20,000 nucleotides of DNA from an uncultured virus (IMG/VR IMGVR_UViG_2706794685_000007). Its lineage: Duplodnaviria > Heunggongvirae > Uroviricota > Caudoviricetes. Shown here piece after piece: positions 6,548 through 15,738 of this stretch (positions are counted from its first letter, which is position 1; each line of letters opens with the position of its first letter). Made by a program: the position numbers and the translations under genes. The stretch lies in the IMG/VR virus record IMGVR_UViG_2706794685_000007; one strand, 5' to 3'. Under the pieces are notes generated by a model. That model was not told where the DNA came from. It was given only the letters and a program-made list of their open reading frames with translations, and searched no databases.

Positions 6548-6967
6548 TTACAACTTCTTAGCGCCCTTAAGTAGTGCGCTACGTACAAATTGAGCCGCTT
6601 TTTTCAAAGTTTCTTCACTGGTTTCACAGACAATCGGATCTTTCCACTTACCTGACGCAGTGTTGAGAATATTGATTTGGTTGCTATCCAGACAAACAGA
6701 GATATAAAGCACCGTGCCACCAGCCAGCATCAAATGCATAGGAAACAGAGGCTTTTTACTGTCTTCACTGAACTGAGACATGGCGATGTTAATGGCTTCA
6801 CCTACTTGTGCGCCAACAAGCCCCTGCGCAGTTTCGAATATGGCACGAATAGCCAGACGAGCCTCTCGATCGCTCATAAGCGACCGGGAATGTTCGTCCG
6901 CTACACGAATCAAAGCCTCTGTTGTTTTCCGATCCAGTTCATCTTCAAGCAACATTTCACTAAACAT
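6548..6967 (-). CDS. hypothetical protein
   Basis: 139 aa ORF with AAGGA RBS, fits the operon spacing. Confidence 0.75.
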   Translation of the reverse strand: MFSEMLLEDELDRKTTEALIRVADEHSRSLMSDREARLAIRAIFETAQGLVGAQVGEAINIAMSQFSEDSKKPLFPMHLMLAGGTVLYISVCLDSNQINILNTASGKWKDPIVCETSEETLKKAAQFVRSALLKGAKKL

Positions 6968-7028
6968 TTTTTATCCTTAACCCATTTTGAGAGTTTTATT
7001 GTCGCAATGTCGAAGAGGCGAACAATTT

Positions 7029-7673
7029 CTAATGAACGGTCACTCGACCACAGAACCGGTTTTCTATCTTTTCTACAGCGTTATCTAGCATTCTCATCAC
7101 TGATCTGGCTCTTGCTTCAACCGTGCGATATCGGTTGGAAACGACGAAGGTTTGCAGATCCCCCCTTTGCGGATGCAGGTGAATTTTTGTCAGTTCCCCG
7201 CACATCAACGCATCAATACGAGCGACATACAGACGGTCTAATGATGCTCGTTGTGATCGCAAGTAATCTCGCTCTGAGAGAGCGACTCCCGGGCGTAGGC
7301 CAGCAATGGCGTTAAAGTTTGAAATAGCAGTTTTGTGGCAAAACTTTTCGATATCGAGGGCTAACTCAATACATCGATCTTCATTGGTATGGCCGACCAA
7401 ATCCAACGTGTAGGCCATAACATCAGCAGGTGTGCGATCGATAACAAAGCCTTCAACACCACGCGTAAGTAGCTCTATATGCTTTGCGATTTCCATTTGA
7501 ATCTGAAGCCGCTCATATAGAGGCATAGACTCACCTACTCGAACACCGAGTCGGCTCATCAAACTTCCGACACCAGCATCCACGTAAGGGATTCCGTAAT
7601 GTTTGTCGATATATTTTGCCAGGGTTGTTTTCCCACTGCCCTGAGCACCAGTGATCCCAATCCGGTAATCCAT
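7029..7673 (-). CDS. P-loop NTPase, probable nucleotide (dNMP) kinase / AAA_28-like
   Basis: N-terminal Walker A GAQGSGKTT and IDRTPAD motif; translationally coupled to DHFR (TAATG). Confidence 0.8.
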   Translation of the reverse strand: MDYRIGITGAQGSGKTTLAKYIDKHYGIPYVDAGVGSLMSRLGVRVGESMPLYERLQIQMEIAKHIELLTRGVEGFVIDRTPADVMAYTLDLVGHTNEDRCIELALDIEKFCHKTAISNFNAIAGLRPGVALSERDYLRSQRASLDRLYVARIDALMCGELTKIHLHPQRGDLQTFVVSNRYRTVEARARSVMRMLDNAVEKIENRFCGRVTVH

Positions 7674-8149
7674 TACGACCTTCTGTATACGATCTGCGAA
7701 AAGCCAGGCTCTTCCTCGCTGGCTCGTTGGGTAAAAACTGTTTCAACAGGCACAAAGCCTAAATTACGCATCATGCTTGCCGGGAAGAATGCATCGGCGT
7801 TTGGCACATCAACGCCGATGTGGGAGAGCCAAATCTCTTCAACATGCGGCATGAATAGCGAGTAAATTTGTTCCCCGCCAATCACCCACACAGGCTCTGG
7901 TAATCGCAACACATCATCCACACCAGCAGGGTAGAATCCATTTGGTACAAAGCCATGAGAGCGCGTCAAAACGAGGTTATGACGCTCTGGAAGAGGGCGT
8001 TTGAGACTTTCCATCGTTTTACGCCCCATAACGACAGTGGCGTTTTTGGTGAGTCTCTTAAATAGCTTCAGATCGGTAGAACAACGCCAGGGCAGTTCGT
8101 TCGCTATGCCGATCTCATAGTTACGGCCAACAGCAGCTATCATCTTCAT
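7673..8149 (-). CDS. dihydrofolate reductase (phage-type)
   Basis: IAAV..NYEIG..NELPW..DL..FK, VVMGRKTMES, RPLPER.N.VL, VIGGEQIY, ADAFFP. Confidence 0.95.
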   Translation of the reverse strand: MKMIAAVGRNYEIGIANELPWRCSTDLKLFKRLTKNATVVMGRKTMESLKRPLPERHNLVLTRSHGFVPNGFYPAGVDDVLRLPEPVWVIGGEQIYSLFMPHVEEIWLSHIGVDVPNADAFFPASMMRNLGFVPVETVFTQRASEEEPGFSQIVYRRS

Positions 8150-8559
8150 TTGCTCACCTCATAGATGACCGGTCTATGATGAGAGTCAGCTAAAGCGGCA
8201 CGGAGTCGAGGATCGTGCACCAGCGCAGCGATAAGCAGATCGCCTTTATGCTCCGCTAATGTGCGCTTAATATGCTTCTCATAACTGGTGCCATTCGGTA
8301 CGAGATGAAGCCAGTCGTAATCAACGCCAAAATCTTTCAGCCATCGTTTAGTGGGCGCTTCAAGAGTTTCAGAGCGGCTACTGATAAGCACCACTTCAGC
8401 CCCTGAGCGAGCAAAACCACGCAACATACGGCTGGTGGGGAAAATGAGTTCATCACCGGCAATGAGCTGGCCTGCATCCGTGTCAGGTACAGATTTACGA
8501 TGGCTGGTATTTGCCAGCACACCTTCAATTTCGCATAAGACATACATACCTCTTGCCAT
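8146..8559 (-). CDS. HAD-superfamily / polynucleotide-kinase 3'-phosphatase-like protein with degenerate catalytic motif
   Basis: Start at ATG 8559 (MARGMY). VLCEIEGVLA replaces DxDG; ISSRSE and T..WL...GV.YD.L are typical of phage PNKP-C-like HADs. Confidence 0.65.
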   Translation of the reverse strand: MARGMYVLCEIEGVLANTSHRKSVPDTDAGQLIAGDELIFPTSRMLRGFARSGAEVVLISSRSETLEAPTKRWLKDFGVDYDWLHLVPNGTSYEKHIKRTLAEHKGDLLIAALVHDPRLRAALADSHHRPVIYEVSK

Positions 8560-8560
8560 A

Positions 8561-9664
8561 TCACACCGCCACTGGAACCTTGATCCACGGTAGAGGGTCA
8601 TAGCCAAGAATCAGAATATCGTCCCATTTGAAATCATCCAGCTCAGACCATTCATGAGGGAAAATAACGACCGGATCTGAATGCTCTGGAGCCTGTCGTT
8701 TCATTAGCTCACACACACCTTCCATGTGGTTGTTGTACAAATGCACGTCAAAGCCAAAATGCACAAATGCACCGGCCATGTGACCCGTAATCTTCGCGAG
8801 AAAATGAGTGAGAATGCCATAGCCAGCAATATTGAATGGCATACCAACAAAAGTGTCTACGCTACGCTGTACGAGGCAGGAGTTGAGGATGCGTTTGGGG
8901 ATTCCAAGTTCATCCAGTTCAGTTTCAGTAACACTGCCGTCCATCTCCAGATCGTATAGCATCTTGGTGTAGATAGACTCATAACCGAAGCGACTGTGTT
9001 GAAGACCAATGTCAGTTGCCATCGTTAAACGGGTTTCAAAATCAAGCTCACGACTCCACAAAGAGAAGACAAAGTGGCAAGGTGGCAGTTTCATATCCTC
9101 AAGCTCGCCTACGTTCCATGCGTTAAGCATGATGCGACGATCGGTAGGGTTCGTGCGCAGTGTGTCGACAATACGCTGTAGCTGATCGATTTCACGGGAC
9201 AGCACTACGCGATCTTCACTGATACCCAGGTATCCCTCGACTTTGTACCCGCGTTCACGGAAAGTAGCGATCTTGCTCAGATATTCACTATGGCTCACGA
9301 TGCGGGTATCTTCCCATCGACGCCACTGCTTACCGTAAACCGGCCCCAAATCGCCATTCTCATCGGCCCATGCATCCCAAATCTTAACGCCGTTATCCTT
9401 AAGAAATTGGATGTTGCCCGTGCCTTTCAGATACCACTCAAGTTCGACAAGCAGTGGCTTAAGATTTACCGCCTTTCCAGAAATAAGCGGCACAGTCCCA
9501 CCAGTAAGCATGTAGTAAGAGGGAACGTAGCAGGTGCTTAAAGTACCAGTGCCTGTGCGATCATCAGTCTGCACGCCGCTTTTAAGCACCGTCTCAATAA
9601 CTTTTGCATACGATGCGTTTGTTACCTGACCGTTCGTATGCTCACGATTCAAAAGGAGTGACAT
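8561..9664 (-). CDS. thyA: thymidylate synthase with two insertions
   Basis: DRTGTGT, IWDAWADENGDLGPVYGKQWR, DRRI, LPPCH, QRSVD..GMPFNIA, HLYNNH. Confidence 0.96.
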   Translation of the reverse strand: MSLLLNREHTNGQVTNASYAKVIETVLKSGVQTDDRTGTGTLSTCYVPSYYMLTGGTVPLISGKAVNLKPLLVELEWYLKGTGNIQFLKDNGVKIWDAWADENGDLGPVYGKQWRRWEDTRIVSHSEYLSKIATFRERGYKVEGYLGISEDRVVLSREIDQLQRIVDTLRTNPTDRRIMLNAWNVGELEDMKLPPCHFVFSLWSRELDFETRLTMATDIGLQHSRFGYESIYTKMLYDLEMDGSVTETELDELGIPKRILNSCLVQRSVDTFVGMPFNIAGYGILTHFLAKITGHMAGAFVHFGFDVHLYNNHMEGVCELMKRQAPEHSDPVVIFPHEWSELDDFKWDDILILGYDPLPWIKVPVAV

Positions 9665-9679
9665 AAAACCTCACGAAGA

Positions 9680-9697
9680 TAAGTAATCAATTATTTA
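9680..9697. promoter_or_regulatory. operator-like motif A, copy 3
   Basis: TAAGTA atcaat TATTTA (flanked by GA...TC), just upstream of the thyA RBS. Confidence 0.6.
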
Positions 9698-9740
9698 TCA
9701 CGTGAGTTTACATTCATTGATAAAACAAGACCAGATAGAT

Positions 9741-9765
9741 AAAAAATGGTGGCCATAGGCCACCA
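9741..9765 (-). terminator. intrinsic terminator after the MazG-like gene
   Basis: TGGTGGCC-ata-GGCCACCA stem followed by T6 on the minus strand. Confidence 0.75.
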
Positions 9766-9831
9766 AAAAGAATAGTCGTTCCAGAGTTTTATACGCAAAT
9801 CAAATATACATTAGTAGATAATCACCTACAA

Positions 9832-10701
9832 TTATTTTTTGATCATTCCGTACATTGCTGAGGCTTTAGCTTGCTCAACAAAGGAGGATAAATCGACATC
9901 ACTATAGGTTGGAGACTTCAGAATCTTTCCATCGGAAATTCGAAAACCGATCATCTTATCGGTGCCATCAGCATGGCGAAATCCCAGGTCTGAAGAGTCG
10001 TATTTGCAGTTGGCCACAGCCTGGCGACGTTCCTCTACATCAGCAGGCCATAATTTTGTCATGTTAGACCGATGAATTTCGCCAACCAGCTCGACTACAT
10101 TGATACCGAGGAAATCAGCCAGTCGATAGGTCATCATGCACGCCACATAGATTTTGTTCATGACACGGCGCAGTTCCTGAATCAGCTCAGAATCCTTAAC
10201 AGTCTTGTTCTCAAGTTTATCTGCCAGCTCTTCGAGCATACATGACGCCTCACGAGCTTCCTGAAATGGCATTGCCATATCATCGAAAACAGTGTTACCG
10301 GGCACAAAAATTGTCTGCATAAAGCGATCAATGCTCTGTTCCTGCGTGTAATAGGTCATGCCGGTAGAAATACCACCTTTGATGGCGACCATCGTACCAA
10401 CACCAACGTATAAAAAGTCGGCCATTGCATCCAGCAGTTGCTCAATATCCCCATTCATTGCAGCTGGAATACCTTCCACTACAGCTTCTTCATGAATCAG
10501 GCTTGCACGGAGACGAAGCAGCTCTGGTGTCGGCATAACGCGTCTCGGATGCTGGAAGAGTTCATGAAACTGATCGACCATCTTGTAAATACTTTCAGTA
10601 GCTACACCATGACCTTCATGCAACTCATATGGTTCTGGCTTAAATCCAATGAGACGATCGGTGGCAAGTTTCAGGTGGTCAGTCAGTTTGGTAAAGTTCA
10701 T
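9832..10701 (-). CDS. MazG-like all-alpha NTP pyrophosphohydrolase (DR2231 / dUTPase-like)
   Basis: Start at ATG 10701 (MNFTKL) after AAGGA. Motifs V..FH..F, LR..LIHEE, DAMADFLYV, EIHRSNMTK, DGKILKSPTY; sits between nrdB and thyA. Confidence 0.8.
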   Translation of the reverse strand: MNFTKLTDHLKLATDRLIGFKPEPYELHEGHGVATESIYKMVDQFHELFQHPRRVMPTPELLRLRASLIHEEAVVEGIPAAMNGDIEQLLDAMADFLYVGVGTMVAIKGGISTGMTYYTQEQSIDRFMQTIFVPGNTVFDDMAMPFQEAREASCMLEELADKLENKTVKDSELIQELRRVMNKIYVACMMTYRLADFLGINVVELVGEIHRSNMTKLWPADVEERRQAVANCKYDSSDLGFRHADGTDKMIGFRISDGKILKSPTYSDVDLSSFVEQAKASAMYGMIKK

Positions 10702-10778
10702 GCTAGTTTTGTTCCTTCTTAATTCTTGTGATCCATTGTGGCCCAGCGTTGCCAGGTCACATAATGCTTTGTATCGGT

Positions 10779-11921
10779 TCACAGGTCTGCAAACTGGCTT
10801 AGAGAAGCCTTGTCCACGGTAGAATCGATCTGACCTACCAGATATGTGCTTTGCTCTGCCTCTTGTGGTGCAATTTGCAGTGTGTCGGTTAACAACCACT
10901 TGTTCATCCAGACCAGCGGATCGGTGGTAACCTCTGGAAATAAAGCCTTCAGGCCAAGACGATTCATAGCCAGATTGGTGCGGTATTTTACATAGGTCTT
11001 CAAAATATCCGCGTTTAAACCAATCATCGAACCGTCTTTGAAGAGATACTCGGCCCAGTTCATTTCTTGTTCGGCGACTGATTTCATGGTGTCGTAAATG
11101 ACGTTTTCTTCATCAGCAGCAATCTCTTTCCACAATAAACCTTCGCGACCGGTACGCATGAAGCGGATCATGCGTTCAGTTCCTTCGCAATGCAGAGCTT
11201 CATCACGGGCAATAAAGCGCATAATTTTGGTGTTACCCTCAAGCAACTTCCGTTCGCCAAAGGCAAACGTACATGCAAAACTTACATAGAAACGGATCGC
11301 CTCAAGCGCATTAATGGACACCAACGTGCGGAAAAGCTGACGGTGCAAAGGATATGGCTCCCAGCCATATTCATTTACGTACAGACGCTCAAATTCCTTC
11401 TCGCCTAACGACTGGCGCTCGCAGGTCATCCCATAAAGCCTGTCATATTCAGCAGAGATACTGATCGCTCGGTTGATGATTTCTTCATCCGTAACAATAC
11501 CGTCAAAAACAATGCTCGGATCGTCCACCATGCCACGAATAATGTGGGTGTAGCTGCGGCTATGGATAGTCTCAGAGAAAGACCATGTTTCAACCCACGT
11601 TTCCAGTTCAGGAATAGAGATAAGCGGCAGCAGCGTTGCATTTGGGCTACGTCCCTGAACTGAATCGAGTAACGTTTGATAACGGAGATTGCTCAGAAAA
11701 ATGTGACGTTCGTGGTCCCGCAGCTTCGTGTTGAAGTCGATACGATCGCTCGAAATATCAACTTCTTCCGGCCGCCAGAAGAAAGACAATTGACGTTCAA
11801 TCAACTTTTCAAAATCACGGTATTTTTGCTGATCGTAACGTGCCACGTTGACAGATTGTCCGAGGAACATAGGCTCTTTGGTTGCATCATTAGCACCCAA
11901 ACGGAACGTTGAATATGACAT
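10779..11921 (-). CDS. nrdB: ribonucleoside-diphosphate reductase class Ia beta subunit
   Basis: [28 protein letters not shown] (radical Tyr), [16 protein letters not shown]. Start at ATG 11921 after AAGGAAAAACAC. Confidence 0.97.
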   Translation of the reverse strand: MSYSTFRLGANDATKEPMFLGQSVNVARYDQQKYRDFEKLIERQLSFFWRPEEVDISSDRIDFNTKLRDHERHIFLSNLRYQTLLDSVQGRSPNATLLPLISIPELETWVETWSFSETIHSRSYTHIIRGMVDDPSIVFDGIVTDEEIINRAISISAEYDRLYGMTCERQSLGEKEFERLYVNEYGWEPYPLHRQLFRTLVSINALEAIRFYVSFACTFAFGERKLLEGNTKIMRFIARDEALHCEGTERMIRFMRTGREGLLWKEIAADEENVIYDTMKSVAEQEMNWAEYLFKDGSMIGLNADILKTYVKYRTNLAMNRLGLKALFPEVTTDPLVWMNKWLLTDTLQIAPQEAEQSTYLVGQIDSTVDKASLSQFADL

Positions 11922-11946
11922 GTGTTTTTCCTTTTGCTTTTTGATG

Positions 11947-11982
11947 TGTTTAAACAAGTTGTTATCCTATTTGTTTAAACAA
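11947..11982. promoter_or_regulatory. palindromic motif B, copy 3, embedded in two TGTTTAAACA palindromes
   Basis: TGTTTAAACAAGTTGTTatcctatTTGTTTAAACAA between nrdA and nrdB. Confidence 0.55.
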
Positions 11983-12002
11983 GGCTTACAAATCAAAGAG
12001 AA

Positions 12003-12021
12003 GGTGGGGATACACCCCACC
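12003..12021 (-). terminator. hairpin/terminator after nrdA
   Basis: GGTGGGG-ataca-CCCCACC followed by TTCTCTTT on the minus strand. Confidence 0.6.
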
Positions 12022-12026
12022 ATATG

Positions 12027-14342
12027 TCAGATTTTGCAGGCTCCGTCGCACTCATCTTCTGGCTCGACGGCTACAGCTTGCGTCAGTGGATTCTGCGGTT
12101 CGTCGTCATCACGCTTTCCTGCCCCATCTCTGGTGTTGTGGTAGTAAAGCGTTTTAACTCCCATCTTGTAGGCGAGAAGCAAATCTGACAGTAGCGTCAT
12201 CATTGGGACTTTATCGCCTTCAAAGCGAGAAGGGTCATAGTTGGTATTGGCCGAAATAGCCTGGTCAAAGAACTTCTGGATGATCGCCACCTTTGTCAGA
12301 TAGCCGCGGTTGTCCGGCATATCCCACAGGTATTCATACTGTTCCTTCAGTTTTTCAATCTCAGGCACGACCATCTTAACGATGCCGTCCTTAGAAGATT
12401 TCACCGACACCGGTCCACGAGGCGGTTCGATGCCGTTTGTGGAATTAGTGATCTGGCTGGAAGTCTCGCATGGCATTTGTGCCGTCAGTGTGGAGTTGCG
12501 AAGACCGTATTTTGCAATACGTTCACGCAGTTCTTCCCACGGCATCTTTAACTCAAAGTTGGTTTCGCCACTTTCGTCTAATGAAGAACGGTAATGGTCG
12601 ATCGGCAACTGACCAATTGCGTACTTGGTCTGCTCAAACCAGTCACACTCACCTTTTGCTTCAGCAAGTTGGCAGCTGGCATCAAGAAGGTAATACTGGA
12701 TAGCTTCGAACGTTTCATGCACCAGTTTATTACCAGCGGTATCAGAATAACGAATGCCATTCTTTGCCAGGTAATAAGCAAAGTTGGTTACACCGATCCC
12801 CAGGCTACGACGAGCTTTGGCAGGCACTTCGGCTGCCTCCATCGGATAGTCTTGATAATCCAGTAACGAATCCAGTGCAGCAACGGCATAGAACGCCACC
12901 TCTTTAAGAGACTCCAGTGAACGGATGGCTCCGAGGTTAAAAGCGGATAAAGTGCATAGCGCGATCTCACCGTTCGGGTCGTCGGTAAATGCCAGTGGAC
13001 GGGTAGGTAGGGTGATCTCCATACACAGGTTTGACTGGCGGACAGGTGCAAGAGCAGGAATGAAAGCGCCATGCTCATTAATATGATCGACGTTCGCAAT
13101 ATAAATTCGGCCCGTGGACGCTCGTTCCTGCATCAGAGATGAGAACAGCTCAATGGCAGGTACTGACTTCTTGCGAATTGAATCATCGGCTTCGTATTTA
13201 TGGTACAGCTTTTCAAACAGCTCCTGGTCTGTGAAGAAGGCTTCGTACATATCAGGCACATCATGCGGGCTGAACAGAGTGATGTTCTCGCTTCTGACGA
13301 GTCGACGGTACATTAGACGGTTACTCATGACGCCGTAATCAAGATGGCGAACGCGGTTTTCATCAATACCACGGTTATTTTTCACCACCAGCAGACTTTC
13401 AACTTCAAGATGCCAGATCGGGTAAAACGCTGTTGCTGCGCCACCACGAACACCACCTTGCGAACAAGATTTAACAGCCGTCTGGAAATGCTTCAGGAAT
13501 GGAATAACTCCGGTATGGGTGGCTTCACCATTGCGGATCTCGCTGCCCAGCGCACGGATACGGCCAAAACCAATACCAATTCCAGCACGACGTGAAACGT
13601 AGTCGATAATTGCGGCTGAAGCTGCACTAATCCCTTTCAGACTATCGCCAGACTCAATCAGCACACAACTGGAGAACTGACGGGTTGGAGTACGGACGCC
13701 GGCCATGATTGGTGTGGGCAGAGACAGTTTGAACGTACTTGTAACGTCATAGAAACCTTTGACCATCTCCATACGTGTTTTGCCAGCGCAGTCGTCTTCC
13801 CAATTCTGGAACAGACACATGCCTACCAGCATATAGATATGTTGCGGCCCCTCATGAATCTCACCAGTAACACGGTTTTGAACGAGGTATTTGCTTTGCA
13901 ACTGCACCGTAGCTGCATAGCCAAAAAGATCGTCACGTTTCGGCTTAATGTAATTACCGAGTTCTTCGATCTCTTCAAACGAATAATGTGTCAGCAAATC
14001 CTTGTCATAAACGCCCTTGTTAACGTTCTTGACAATGTGTTGGTAGAAGTTCGGATAGTCGTAACGACCGAAGGCATCTTTGCGGATTTTAAAAATGTTC
14101 AGGCGGGCAGCCACCTGTGAGTAATTTGGTGCTTCTGGTGAGATCAAATCAGCGGCAGATTTAACCAAAGCCTCATGCAACTGGCTGGTGGTCATCCCAT
14201 CAAAAATGCTGGCCGCAGCTCCCATTGCTACAGCGGATGCGCTTACACCACGAATGCCTTCTACGCCATACATTACGACGCGGTTGTATTTTTCTTCGGA
14301 TAACGGCTCTGTTTGGCCGTTACGTTTTACGATGCTTATCAT
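12027..14342 (-). CDS. nrdA: ribonucleoside-diphosphate reductase class Ia alpha subunit
   Basis: N-terminal ATP-cone (VKRNG), QFSSCVL, SQGGVRGG, QSNLCMEI, KTLYY, C-terminal CDGACKI. Confidence 0.98.
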   Translation of the reverse strand: MISIVKRNGQTEPLSEEKYNRVVMYGVEGIRGVSASAVAMGAAASIFDGMTTSQLHEALVKSAADLISPEAPNYSQVAARLNIFKIRKDAFGRYDYPNFYQHIVKNVNKGVYDKDLLTHYSFEEIEELGNYIKPKRDDLFGYAATVQLQSKYLVQNRVTGEIHEGPQHIYMLVGMCLFQNWEDDCAGKTRMEMVKGFYDVTSTFKLSLPTPIMAGVRTPTRQFSSCVLIESGDSLKGISAASAAIIDYVSRRAGIGIGFGRIRALGSEIRNGEATHTGVIPFLKHFQTAVKSCSQGGVRGGAATAFYPIWHLEVESLLVVKNNRGIDENRVRHLDYGVMSNRLMYRRLVRSENITLFSPHDVPDMYEAFFTDQELFEKLYHKYEADDSIRKKSVPAIELFSSLMQERASTGRIYIANVDHINEHGAFIPALAPVRQSNLCMEITLPTRPLAFTDDPNGEIALCTLSAFNLGAIRSLESLKEVAFYAVAALDSLLDYQDYPMEAAEVPAKARRSLGIGVTNFAYYLAKNGIRYSDTAGNKLVHETFEAIQYYLLDASCQLAEAKGECDWFEQTKYAIGQLPIDHYRSSLDESGETNFELKMPWEELRERIAKYGLRNSTLTAQMPCETSSQITNSTNGIEPPRGPVSVKSSKDGIVKMVVPEIEKLKEQYEYLWDMPDNRGYLTKVAIIQKFFDQAISANTNYDPSRFEGDKVPMMTLLSDLLLAYKMGVKTLYYHNTRDGAGKRDDDEPQNPLTQAVAVEPEDECDGACKI

Positions 14343-14359
14343 GTATCACCAAATAAAGA

Positions 14360-14381
14360 GGGCCACTAAATATAGTGGCCC
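14360..14381 (-). terminator. hairpin between the resolvase and nrdA
   Basis: GGGCCACTA-aata-TAGTGGCCC followed by TCTTTATTT on the minus strand. Confidence 0.55.
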
Positions 14382-14388
14382 ATGTTAA

Positions 14389-14406
14389 TAGATAAGCACT
14401 TACCTA
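14389..14406. promoter_or_regulatory. operator-like motif A, copy 4
   Basis: TAGATA agcact TACCTA upstream of nrdA. Confidence 0.65.
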
Positions 14407-14415
14407 TCAATGAAA

Positions 14416-14985
14416 TCAAATGAGAGACTTAAGAACATCGCGCACCTGGCGGAACTGATCTGTTTGCATACCGGTATGGATGGCAGCCACCGCATCAGCC
14501 AAATGTTCGTTTTTGTTCACGAGAACATCCTGTCCAGATTGCTTACGACGCAGCCACGGTGCTTTAGAGTGTTTTTTCGTAGCCCACTGGATAATCTCTT
14601 CTTTCGATGTAGTAAGTTTATTGCCGACAAAATGCTTGATTTCGTTTGGAGTAACCTGGATCAATGGCTTATCCACACACGCAAGTACACCGATACAAAT
14701 ACCGTAAGACGTCTGCGAACGAGAGTTTTGGCTCCCAACCGGTAGCTCACAAAAAACCATATTTGCCTTATCAATGATTGGCTTCGCAACACGCCATATT
14801 TCACTGGCTCGGCGCAGATCGTCACTGTTCACACGAACGGTCTTTTTGTTACTCCCCGCTTTAGTCTCAACAAGAGTAAGGTCGTGAATCTCAAGTTCGT
14901 CCGTTTCAAGGTCTAAAGTGCCCACAGCAAGCCCAAAGTTGCTCATTGAGGGATCAACACCAACTACGCTGATTTTTTTACTCAT
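14416..14985 (-). CDS. RuvC-like Holliday junction resolvase
   Basis: VGVDPS.SNFGLA, CE, P..IK..VG...SKEE, HLADAVA acidic-residue pattern of the RuvC fold. Confidence 0.85.
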   Translation of the reverse strand: MSKKISVVGVDPSMSNFGLAVGTLDLETDELEIHDLTLVETKAGSNKKTVRVNSDDLRRASEIWRVAKPIIDKANMVFCELPVGSQNSRSQTSYGICIGVLACVDKPLIQVTPNEIKHFVGNKLTTSKEEIIQWATKKHSKAPWLRRKQSGQDVLVNKNEHLADAVAAIHTGMQTDQFRQVRDVLKSLI

Positions 14986-14994
14986 ATAGTCTCC

Positions 14995-15738
14995 TTACCA
15001 TGTTCCCCATATAGGGTTTTCCAATAATCTCGCCTCCAACGAATTGGTTACTATTGCCGTTTGCAACGTTGGTTGGGGAGAGTTTGCAAAGTCTGAATAC
15101 TCATTTTCCTGCGTGACACGTTTATCTACGGCATGTTTAACGCCACTTGCTATGAAATGACGCATGATGCCCAACAGCCTCCGACTGTCTGCACTATCGT
15201 TTGCTAAAACATGCGGGAGCTGAAGTTCGATTTCTACCATTTCTCCATACTTACCAACAAACTGTAGTTTGTCCGCACTGTACTTTTTATCCCTCCTTTG
15301 GATAAGGAAACCAGTAAAAGCATCACCTGGCGATGCCAAACTATCCACCCGCTTATTGGCAAGTCGAATAAGGTTGGTGAAAGCCATACAGTGATGCGCA
15401 CCCATTCCCCCAAAGAACCCTTCGCTATTAATGTTAAGATCTTCATTTTCATGGGATGCAATAAACCCAGGCCCGACGTTGGGAAGATATCCCCCCTCAA
15501 CAAAAGGATTAATCAGGATCGGCGCAATACATCCAGGTGGTAGTGATTTCAAACTTTGCATCAATGGCGTCTCGGATATTAGACCAAGCAACGCGGCAAA
15601 TTGTACTCCGTCAATATTGTTGCTGCCCCACAGAATACGTGGAGCCGCACCATTGGAAGTATGCCCATTGATCAGTTTTATCGACTGCATCACTGCAAAT
15701 ACCTGCAAAAACTGCGAGCGGCTTAATTTAAACGACAT
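14995..15738 (-). CDS. hypothetical protein
   Basis: 247 aa ORF overlapping the end of the SbcC-like gene by 11 nt; operon context. Confidence 0.75.
   Translation of the reverse strand: MSFKLSRSQFLQVFAVMQSIKLINGHTSNGAAPRILWGSNNIDGVQFAALLGLISETPLMQSLKSLPPGCIAPILINPFVEGGYLPNVGPGFIASHENEDLNINSEGFFGGMGAHHCMAFTNLIRLANKRVDSLASPGDAFTGFLIQRRDKKYSADKLQFVGKYGEMVEIELQLPHVLANDSADSRRLLGIMRHFIASGVKHAVDKRVTQENEYSDFANSPQPTLQTAIVTNSLEARLLENPIWGTW

Noticed and set aside
7673..8149. DHFR as an acquired trimethoprim-resistance dfrA cassette
   Set aside because: Embedded and translationally coupled in a phage nucleotide operon, with no attC, integron or IS context; resistance cannot be inferred from sequence.
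8561..9664. ThyA as a dCMP hydroxymethylase for modified DNA
   Set aside because: It retains the dUMP-specifying Asn in GMPFN and the other canonical ThyA motifs; no glycosyltransferase or similar gene nearby.
10702..10899. N-terminal extensions given by the ORF track for the MazG-like gene (also rnhA, nrdB and the HAD gene)
   Set aside because: They overlap upstream genes or regulatory DNA, and downstream ATGs have better RBS or coupling context.
10779..14342. Introns, inteins or homing endonucleases in nrdA/nrdB
   Set aside because: Both ORFs are continuous and of normal class Ia length.
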